DNA of 42,161 bases from a virus (lineage: Duplodnaviria; Caudoviricetes). The notes below the pieces were generated by a model. It did not search any database. It was not told where the DNA came from and was given only the letters and a program-made list of their open reading frames with translations. This document shows positions 36,059 to 42,161 of this stretch, piece by piece. The stretch covers positions 1 to 42,161 of the IMG/VR virus record IMGVR_UViG_3300033076_001203; one strand, given 5' to 3'. Made by a program: the position numbers and the translations under genes. The first letter of the stretch is position 1. Each line of letters opens with the position of its first letter.

Positions 36059-36526
36059 TTATGCGTTTTTGTGTGGTGTGTAGCTCTCAACGGTGACGAA
36101 ATGGCCGGGTAAACCGCTTTTGCGGATGCGCTGAATAGCTTCCTCCCCGATTGGGAAAAGGACGCTCCCAAGGTTGTTGCTGCTCGGCCCGCCGATGAAG
36201 TTGATCTTTTGCCCCATCACGAAGTAATGGCCGCAACGCTCCGCCAAAGGGCCGAACCATGGGGCGCTGCCTCGCTCGGGCAGCAGGAGAATGCCGTTGT
36301 AGTGCTCGAATGCTCGCTCTATCCAAATCTCCTTTTGTGAGAAGGGAGGGTTACAGTAGGTGAAGCCGTGCCATGGCAGGGCGAGGCCATCGAGGTTGTA
36401 TTCTATGGCGAAATTATCGATGCCGATCACGGTGTTTTCACCTGCGCACGGATCAAGATCAATCACTCCTAGGCTCTCATAAACCCATGGCGGCGTTTGC
36501 AGGCAGTCGTTTGGCTTAAGCTTCAT
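36059..36526 (-). CDS. Phage DNA N6-adenine methyltransferase (Dam-like)
   Basis: QTPPW, IDLDPCA, CNPPFS. Confidence 0.8.
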   Translation of the reverse strand: MKLKPNDCLQTPPWVYESLGVIDLDPCAGENTVIGIDNFAIEYNLDGLALPWHGFTYCNPPFSQKEIWIERAFEHYNGILLLPERGSAPWFGPLAERCGHYFVMGQKINFIGGPSSNNLGSVLFPIGEEAIQRIRKSGLPGHFVTVESYTPHKNA

Positions 36527-36542
36527 GGTATTTCGTTGTTGT

Positions 36543-36791
36543 TTATGGTTTCTCGGAAAACTCCACCAACTTGCGGATCTGAGCCTCGCCCTCGTCGGTG
36601 ATCTGGTAGTGTGTGGCCTTCTTGCCGCCGTAAGCCTTCATGCTGGACGACACCCAGCCGCGATCTACCGCAGCCTGGACGTGCTCGCTGGAAAGCTGCC
36701 GGATGGAGCTGCGCAGCGTGGTGATGGTGACAGACTGGTTCGCGTTCTGTTGCAGCCGGAACAGGGCGTGGAGGGTGAGGTCGGTTATCAT
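36543..36791 (-). CDS. Winged-helix DNA-binding protein
   Basis: DRGWV...YQITDEGEAQI (PadR/MarR-like wing). Confidence 0.6.
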   Translation of the reverse strand: MITDLTLHALFRLQQNANQSVTITTLRSSIRQLSSEHVQAAVDRGWVSSSMKAYGGKKATHYQITDEGEAQIRKLVEFSEKP

Positions 36792-37309
36792 GGGTTCCAG
36801 TCGATGTTGGTGAAAATGCAATTACCCGGCTCCCGGCTGATATGCACAGCGGCGAGTTGCAGACCCATCTGCGGCCATGGTTTCTTGGGATTCGCGACAT
36901 AAGCAAACTCGCGGAAGTGGAAGCCTGCTGCCTTCATGGCGTTGATGCGGGACTTCACGAACCACTGATTAGCGTAGCCGAGAAACACGATGTTGTTTGC
37001 CACCTGCATCGACTTCTTGAGGAACGCGAGAAACTTTGACCACGGCGGATTCGTGATGATCCATGACACAGGGGCGTCCCACGTCATGAAGTCCTCTTCT
37101 GGCCCGTTGGTGATGTCGCCAGAGAACACCAGCTTGATACCGTGATTGTGAAAGGCGCGGACAAAAGCGCCTTCACCTTCGCAGGGGTCCATGATCGTGT
37201 ATCCATCGGGGCTGAAATGCTTCACGATGGCCACGGCCAGCGAGTCTGGCGTCATGATGCAGTCGTTGCCGCCTTTGGGAATGGCGGGTCGTGGTTTAGT
37301 GGTGGTCAT
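36788..37309 (-). CDS. DNA amino (N6-A/N4-C) methyltransferase
   Basis: MTP, DPCEGEGAF (motif I), ITNPPWS (motif IV). Confidence 0.8.
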   Translation of the reverse strand: MTTTKPRPAIPKGGNDCIMTPDSLAVAIVKHFSPDGYTIMDPCEGEGAFVRAFHNHGIKLVFSGDITNGPEEDFMTWDAPVSWIITNPPWSKFLAFLKKSMQVANNIVFLGYANQWFVKSRINAMKAAGFHFREFAYVANPKKPWPQMGLQLAAVHISREPGNCIFTNIDWNP

Positions 37310-37351
37310 TGTGGTATTTCCTTCTCTTTCGTGGTATGGGTTGAAACGGGG

Positions 37352-38167
37352 TTAGAGGCTTGGCGTCCGATAGCTGTCCCAGCGACACCAGACGATGCCC
37401 CCGGTCTGGTTGTGCTTGTGCTCGTTGATTCGGTCCATCAGGGTGGGGCCGAGTCCGTGGAGTCTTTGGCCGCTCACTTCTTGGCCGTCGCGGATACCGG
37501 CCTCGGACATCCAGTTGCCTATGACAACGGTCGGGCGCTTGTTCGCGTACCGGGCGTCGAGAATCGATTCAAGCACCTGGATCTGCTTCGGCTCGATGCG
37601 GTGTGCTTCGTCAATGCACAGGAACGGCACGCGCTGGAAAGCAATCATCGACTTGCGAGAGTCGGCGTCGAATCCCCCGGCCATCCGCGTCATGTCGTAG
37701 GTGCGGGTGTAAATTCCGCAGTCGTGCCCCTTCGTCATGCGATAGTAGGCGACGAAAGTAGCAATCTGCGTCTTGCCCCGTCCACGGTCGCCAGCCAGCA
37801 CCAGCAGCCGATTACCGAACAGCTTCGGTGCCAGCCGCTCTGCCATTTTCAGCGCGGGGCCGTGCAGGTCGTTCAGCTTCTCGGCATGCAGGCGAGGCCA
37901 GGACGAATCCAGTTTGCGCACGGGCGGCAGTGCGGCCTGCTGGTCCACCTTGATCCCGCAAGGGTCGCAGAACGCGGTAAAACCGACCGCCTCGAACTCC
38001 GCGCCACAATCCCGGCAGATGCGCAGAGTTACCTTTTCCAGCAGCGTGATAGCGGGGGTCAGCGCTGCCGCAAAGGGGTATTGCTCTGACGCCTCCACGG
38101 CGATCTGAGAGGGCATAGCGAGCCGAGCGGAGATTTCGGCGTCGAGTTTTTGGAGGGCGGGGTTCAT
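37352..38167 (-). CDS. DnaC/IstB-like AAA+ helicase loader
   Basis: CxxC..CxxC, GDRGRGKT, LCIDE, PTVVIGN, DRI. Confidence 0.85.
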   Translation of the reverse strand: MNPALQKLDAEISARLAMPSQIAVEASEQYPFAAALTPAITLLEKVTLRICRDCGAEFEAVGFTAFCDPCGIKVDQQAALPPVRKLDSSWPRLHAEKLNDLHGPALKMAERLAPKLFGNRLLVLAGDRGRGKTQIATFVAYYRMTKGHDCGIYTRTYDMTRMAGGFDADSRKSMIAFQRVPFLCIDEAHRIEPKQIQVLESILDARYANKRPTVVIGNWMSEAGIRDGQEVSGQRLHGLGPTLMDRINEHKHNQTGGIVWCRWDSYRTPSL

Positions 38168-38170
38168 GAC

Positions 38171-38419
38171 TCAGAATGGAGGGCAATCGTTAGTGTGGCG
38201 GTTGAAGCGCTGGCCGCAGTCGCTGCATTTGGCGTAGTAGCTGCGGCGGAGAATCTGGGGGCGGTGGTAGAGCCACCAGTGACGAATGCGGTGCTTCATC
38301 CCGGCCCATTCATGCCACCATTTCCACTCGCCACAGCGAGCGCAGCAGTCGCCACTAGAACGATAGTCGAGTAATTCGTGGCCTGACCACCAACAGCGGA
38401 TTTTTCGGAGTGTTTTCAT
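38171..38419 (-). CDS. Cys/Trp-rich hypothetical protein
   Basis: CWWSGH..CARCG..CSDCG. Confidence 0.5.
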   Translation of the reverse strand: MKTLRKIRCWWSGHELLDYRSSGDCCARCGEWKWWHEWAGMKHRIRHWWLYHRPQILRRSYYAKCSDCGQRFNRHTNDCPPF

Positions 38420-39126
38420 GGTTTGTGAAAAATCGCGTCGTCGTTCGTGAGGAATCCAAGCTCCTCGTTGTCGCTTTCGATGGCTTGCACGTCGGAGCGG
38501 AGGGCGGGCTTTAGTTCGTCTTCCCAGCGGTGGCCGTGCAGCCATGTGGCCGGGTGGGGAATGAATCGGCCATCCTCCTTACACCAGTCCTGCGAGCGGG
38601 TGTGTGCCACGACTGCGGCCAGGATCGTATCGACCATCTCGGGCTTGATCGTTTCCCACTTTTTGCGAGCGTTTTCCTTCCCGACTTTCCGAGGGTAGAG
38701 CTTCCAAAATTCGTCAAAGCGGTCGGGCTTCGGCTGAGCTTCGATCACCAGCGCCAGGGCATCGCCTGCCTCACGTGCGCCTGCGGGTGTGGGTGGGTGC
38801 GGAGGGGCGGGTGTGGGGGCGGGTGGGGATGGGGGAGTGGGGGAAGGGGCGGGAGGGGGAGCGGGAGGGGAGGAGAGGGAGGGAGAGGGAGTCACGCTTT
38901 CTGATGTGACATTCACTGTTTTAGGCGTGACATCAGGCGTGACATTTTGTGACATGTCACGCTCCTTGTCACGCTGGCGACGCTTACGAAGCGCGGCGGA
39001 TGACGGCTTAACGCACTGTTCTGCAATGGTATTCTGTGGTATGTGGGTGTGCACGACCTTCAAAACACGCAGCAAATGTTTCGCTGGAATGTCCAGATTG
39101 AGAAGTTCTGAAACCAGTTCGTTCAT
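38416..39126 (-). CDS. Replication initiator / replisome organizer
   Basis: FDEFWKLYPRKVGK..FIPHPATWLHGHRWEDE; upstream of the DnaC-like gene; internal iterons. Confidence 0.8.
   Translation of the reverse strand: MNELVSELLNLDIPAKHLLRVLKVVHTHIPQNTIAEQCVKPSSAALRKRRQRDKERDMSQNVTPDVTPKTVNVTSESVTPSPSLSSPPAPPPAPSPTPPSPPAPTPAPPHPPTPAGAREAGDALALVIEAQPKPDRFDEFWKLYPRKVGKENARKKWETIKPEMVDTILAAVVAHTRSQDWCKEDGRFIPHPATWLHGHRWEDELKPALRSDVQAIESDNEELGFLTNDDAIFHKP
38891..38974. repeat. Iteron-like repeats (putative replication origin)
   Basis: GTGACAT at 38906, 38927, 38939, 38949; GTCACGC at 38891, 38956, 38968. Confidence 0.65.
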
Positions 39127-39311
39127 TATTTCGTCTCCTCCTGAATCTCCCGCGTGATCTGCTCCATGGTCATCTCGCCACGGATGATCTTCTCGGCGTA
39201 TTCCATCAGCTTTGCAGCCTCGGGCGTGACGCCATCACAGGCTTTGAAGTCGGCGATTTGGGCCAACATTGACTGTTCGAGAGCGGTCATTTCAAAAAGC
39301 CGCCCCATCAT
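39126..39311 (-). CDS. Small hypothetical protein
   Basis: ORF coupled to the initiator gene. Confidence 0.5.
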   Translation of the reverse strand: MMGRLFEMTALEQSMLAQIADFKACDGVTPEAAKLMEYAEKIIRGEMTMEQITREIQEETK

Positions 39312-39426
39312 TTCCCTTGGTAGAACGCGCTGCCGAGACAGCGAAGCCGGTTAAGGCACAAGGGGTGATGGGGCGATATAGTTTTTGAATCATCTCTCCG
39401 GGTTCTACTCCGAATTTGTTGTTGCA

Positions 39427-39459
39427 ATGGTATGAAATACCAGCCGCTTGTCAAGCGGC
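39427..39459 (-). promoter_or_regulatory. Promoter for the replication genes, with two palindromes
   Basis: Minus strand TTGACA-16-TACCAT; TGGTAT-N3-ATACCA and GCCGCTTG-T-CAAGCGGC. Confidence 0.55.
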
Positions 39460-39481
39460 ATGGTATGTCGTGGTATGGGGA

Positions 39482-39817
39482 TTAGAACGGAATATCGTCG
39501 TCTTCCATGCCGTCGCTGACAGACTCCTGCTGAGCCTGCTGAACTGGCCTTTGCTGCGGCCTCGCTTGCTGCTGGCGTGGCGGAGGCGCTTCCTCTTCTG
39601 GTAGCGTCAGGTTTCCAATGATCGGTCCGCGCTCGCCTGCTTCCCGTGCCTCGCGGCTGAGTTCCTGCACGACGTAATGAGTCTCGCCGTTCTTACTTGG
39701 GCCTTCCTTGTTCGGCCACGCGACGACATCAAGGTACACTCCTTTTTGGCCTTTGAACATGTGCTCCTTGAGGATCTTGGAAACGTTGATTTTAATTTTG
39801 ATTGGGCGTTTTGCCAT
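39482..39817 (-). CDS. Single-stranded DNA-binding protein-like
   Basis: KGQKGVYLDV..PIIGN; Q/P linker; DDDIPF tail. Confidence 0.7.
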   Translation of the reverse strand: MAKRPIKIKINVSKILKEHMFKGQKGVYLDVVAWPNKEGPSKNGETHYVVQELSREAREAGERGPIIGNLTLPEEEAPPPRQQQARPQQRPVQQAQQESVSDGMEDDDIPF

Positions 39818-39831
39818 GGTGTTTAGTTGGT

Positions 39832-40332
39832 TTACAGTTGTTTGATTCTTCCAAATTCAGCGATGAGAGCGGCATCGATTAAGCCGTCGTGAGGGACAGA
39901 TGAGCGAGGAGTTGCCAGCCACGTTTCGGCAGGCCACAAGCGGCGTGCCACTGAGAGCGCGAAAGGCTTGGTATTGCCCTTCTCGCATCCTGGCAGCATG
40001 ACTTTCTGCCACTGCTGCGGGGTGACTCGGTGGTGACGTATGCCTTTAACCTCACAAATGGCCCGCAAAGCGCCGTAACTGTCCCACATGGAGCAGAGGG
40101 CCTGCGCGCCGGGGGAATGCTTGCCAGGGGTTTCAAGGATCACTGTGAGGCCGGTTCTGACATCGCAATGCAGGGATTCGATGATGGTCAATACCAAGTC
40201 CGCATTCACCTCGTTACCCTTGGCCTTCTTGCGAGTCGGCATCGGGTGGGCAAAGATGGGCGCGACTCCCGAGACATCCGAGAGCGCCACAAGACCGCCA
40301 GTGAGGCCGTTGTCGATTCCGAGGTAGATCAT
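39832..40332 (-). CDS. RuvC-like Holliday junction resolvase
   Basis: MIYLGIDNGLTGG, VILE, VTPQQWQK, DGLIDAALIA. Confidence 0.8.
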   Translation of the reverse strand: MIYLGIDNGLTGGLVALSDVSGVAPIFAHPMPTRKKAKGNEVNADLVLTIIESLHCDVRTGLTVILETPGKHSPGAQALCSMWDSYGALRAICEVKGIRHHRVTPQQWQKVMLPGCEKGNTKPFALSVARRLWPAETWLATPRSSVPHDGLIDAALIAEFGRIKQL

Positions 40333-40526
40333 GGCTTGATAGTCAGGTAGGCAATCACACGTTTTCCATCCTCGTTCGCACCAATCTGGAACCGGCCCGG
40401 TTTGGCCTGCTCCAAAGCCTGCAAAGGCTGCTGATTGAGGTTCCACAGCTTAACCTCGGTATAGAGGCCGTCCGGTAGCTGCTGGCCGAGGTCTGCGGCT
40501 TGGTCGATGATTTGTTTCAGGGTCAT
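40329..40526 (-). CDS. Hypothetical protein
   Basis: Operon-coupled ORF. Confidence 0.5.
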   Translation of the reverse strand: MTLKQIIDQAADLGQQLPDGLYTEVKLWNLNQQPLQALEQAKPGRFQIGANEDGKRVIAYLTIKP

Positions 40527-41881
40527 GGCATGTTGTGCTCTTTCGTGGTTTCAGAGGTTGTGGCTGAATTGCTCTTTGAGGGCTTCTGCGGCGGCTTGGA
40601 TGAAGTCTGCCGCCCGCCGCGGGACAATCGCATTGCCGTAGCCCCGCAGGAGTCCCACGCGGCCGGGTACCCCATGAGCCAGCGGCTGAGAGCCGGATTC
40701 AATGCGCCGCGCTTTTCCGTCGCGGCAGGGGACGAGGTCGAAGTTTGCCCAGCCAGTGCTGCTTGGCGGGGAAGCTGGTCTAAGCGCGTCCGAATAGAGC
40801 CGTCTGGATTCGTACCCGTTGTGCTCATGCCGGGTGTGTCCTTCCAATCCCGGCTGGATGGCGTGGTCCATCCTGCAAGCGCCGCATCCGCGCTCAGCGC
40901 CCCGCCCGCCTGATTCGGTCCGCCGTTCGAGCCGTCCGTGGCTCTCGGGGTGTTCCAGCCGGTCACGGCAAGCTGCGCAATCGTTGATACTGTTGCTCCC
41001 CGGTTCTGCCCCAACCATGAACTCCCTGCGGCTGCAATTTCCTCCTGATTGCCCTGATCCTGATCCGAAGCCCTCGGGGTCGGCCATCCCGCAAGACTCG
41101 CCACATGGTTCAAGCTCACGGTCGCCTTGCTGCCGTCCGGCCTGCGTCCCGTGGCACTGGCATCCTTCGCCATCTGAGATCCTTGGGCATTCCCCACGGT
41201 TGGGGAGGGCCAGCCCGCCAATACCGCCTGATCCTCCAAGTTGATCTGGTGTCCGCTGGCGAGTCTCGCCAGCGCCTTCTCGGGATCGGCGTAGCTGCCG
41301 CCGCGCTGATTGTGGTCCGGTGAGCGCCATCCTGCCAGCGACCCAGAACAACCGCTGCCGGATATGAGGAGCGGAGAGGGTGGCACGTTCCCATTCAAGG
41401 GGCGAATCGCCACACACAATCCCGATTTCGCAGTCCTCGGGGCCGCCCGCAGCGCACAGATCGGCTGCTGCTGTGCAATATCCCAATGCCTCCAGGTCAG
41501 AACATACTCCGGAGAGCCAGATGCGCCCAGCCGCTGATGCAACCTGCTCGCCAAAGACGACTGGAGGGCGGCACTGGCGGATGAGACGGCGGAAGTGCGG
41601 CCAAAGGTGACGCGGGTCCGCCTTCCCTCTTCCCTTGCCTGCGACTGAGAACGGCTGGCAAGGGCAGGAGCCTGTCCAGACGGGGCGGTCGGTGGGCCAT
41701 CCTGCGAGTTGGAGGGCCAGGGGCCAGCCGGCAATGCCAGCGAAGAAATGACACTGGTCAAATCCTTCAAGTTCCCGCTCATCGATGTCGGCAATTGATC
41801 TTTCATCGACAAAACCGTTGGGTATGTGCCCGCCGGCAATGAGTTCTCGAATCCAGGAAGCAGCTTTGGGGTCAAATTCAT
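40523..41881 (-). CDS. Overlapping alternative-frame polypeptide of the C5 MTase (beta-like; W-x-[ST]-P repeats and a motif IX-like segment); true start uncertain
   Basis: 452-codon open frame with five GW.[ST]P repeats and LNPALSRWLMGYP. Confidence 0.6.
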   Translation of the reverse strand: MNLTPKLLPGFENSLPAGTYPTVLSMKDQLPTSMSGNLKDLTSVISSLALPAGPWPSNSQDGPPTAPSGQAPALASRSQSQAREEGRRTRVTFGRTSAVSSASAALQSSLASRLHQRLGASGSPEYVLTWRHWDIAQQQPICALRAAPRTAKSGLCVAIRPLNGNVPPSPLLISGSGCSGSLAGWRSPDHNQRGGSYADPEKALARLASGHQINLEDQAVLAGWPSPTVGNAQGSQMAKDASATGRRPDGSKATVSLNHVASLAGWPTPRASDQDQGNQEEIAAAGSSWLGQNRGATVSTIAQLAVTGWNTPRATDGSNGGPNQAGGALSADAALAGWTTPSSRDWKDTPGMSTTGTNPDGSIRTRLDQLPRQAALAGQTSTSSPAATEKRGALNPALSRWLMGYPAAWDSCGATAMRLSRGGRQTSSKPPQKPSKSNSATTSETTKEHNMP

Positions 41882-41919
41882 TGTAGTAGTTCACCGTATT
41901 TTGTGCTCTTTCGTGGTTT
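40533..41919. repeat. 19-bp direct repeats flanking the C5 MTase
   Basis: TTGTGCTCTTTCGTGGTTT at 40533-40551 and 41901-41919. Confidence 0.85.
40551..41894 (-). CDS. DNA cytosine-5 methyltransferase, catalytic (alpha-like) polypeptide
   Basis: FFAGIAG (I), GSCPCQPFS (IV), GEQV (VI), PHIRQRLF (VIII), GYGNAIV (X). Confidence 0.85.
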   Translation of the reverse strand: MNYYNEFDPKAASWIRELIAGGHIPNGFVDERSIADIDERELEGFDQCHFFAGIAGWPLALQLAGWPTDRPVWTGSCPCQPFSVAGKGRGKADPRHLWPHFRRLIRQCRPPVVFGEQVASAAGRIWLSGVCSDLEALGYCTAAADLCAAGGPEDCEIGIVCGDSPLEWERATLSAPHIRQRLFWVAGRMALTGPQSARRQLRRSREGAGETRQRTPDQLGGSGGIGGLALPNRGECPRISDGEGCQCHGTQAGRQQGDRELEPCGESCGMADPEGFGSGSGQSGGNCSRREFMVGAEPGSNSINDCAACRDRLEHPESHGRLERRTESGGRGAERGCGACRMDHAIQPGLEGHTRHEHNGYESRRLYSDALRPASPPSSTGWANFDLVPCRDGKARRIESGSQPLAHGVPGRVGLLRGYGNAIVPRRAADFIQAAAEALKEQFSHNL

Positions 41920-42161
41920 AAGCCGTCACAAACTGCGCTCTGTCCCATTTCAGGCCCAGGGCTTCGGCCTGCTCGGACACGGCGTCTTTGGCGGCGGTTC
42001 GCTCGGATTCGTTCAGGATCTCGTCACAGAGCAGCTTGGCCTGCAAAAGTTGCTCGGGCGACTCCGCCTGTTCGATCTGCAGCATGGACTCTTGGAACTG
42101 CGGGGATTCCTCGGGGGTGTCGATCACGGGGGCGGGCGCCGCTTCCTCGGTGCGGGCCTCG
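41918..42161 (-). CDS. C-terminal part of the RecT-like recombinase
   Basis: Junction codon (positions 2,1,42161 = ATC) keeps the frame: ...GAPAI-EARTEEAAPAPVIDTPEESPQ...FVTA*. Confidence 0.8.
   Translation of the reverse strand, partial: EARTEEAAPAPVIDTPEESPQFQESMLQIEQAESPEQLLQAKLLCDEILNESERTAAKDAVSEQAEALGLKWDRAQFVTA

Larger units (their letters stand above)
1..42161. mobile_element. Complete circular temperate phage genome (siphovirus-like, lambda-type terminase/portal)
   Basis: Terminase, portal, capsid, tail, lysis, integrase, attP-like site and replication genes are all present; one ORF reads in frame across the 1/42161 junction. Confidence 0.92.

Noticed and set aside
39126-39311. VbhA-like antitoxin
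   Set aside because: Only a faint GEMTMEQ resemblance, and no Fic toxin is adjacent.
36059-41894. Restriction-modification system
   Set aside because: Three MTases but no cognate endonuclease; the nearby nuclease is RuvC-like. Orphan phage MTases are common.

Overview
The window looks like a complete, circularly permuted temperate tailed-phage genome of about 42.2 kb. A RecT-like recombinase ORF starting at 635 on the - strand runs off position 1 and continues in frame at 42161 to a stop at 41918, so the two ends join. Modules: recombination/early genes (1-5.7 kb, - strand); a divergent switch built from two ribbon-helix-helix (RHH) proteins, one apparently membrane-anchored (5.5-6.1 kb); accessory genes; an attP-like 3' half of tRNA-Leu with anticodon AAG; a tyrosine integrase whose 5' end is interrupted by a direct-repeat-bounded cassette; about 490 nt of highly structured non-coding sequence with several tRNA-like domains (10.84-11.33 kb); lysis, tail, head and lambda-type terminase genes (11.3-33.8 kb, - strand); and a replication/modification block (initiator with iterons, DnaC-like ATPase, SSB-like, RuvC-like, two adenine MTases, dual-frame cytosine MTase). 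The most unusual items are the tRNA-mimic RNA array, an Erv1/Alr sulfhydryl oxidase in the tail module, the membrane-tethered RHH switch, short-direct-repeat-bounded cassettes, a TGCAA-N5-TTGCA box found five times in the virion module, and signal-peptide-like N-termini on tail fibre/lectin proteins. The host is unknown; a Verrucomicrobia/PVC-type host is only a weak impression. All calls come from manual motif reading, with no database searches.
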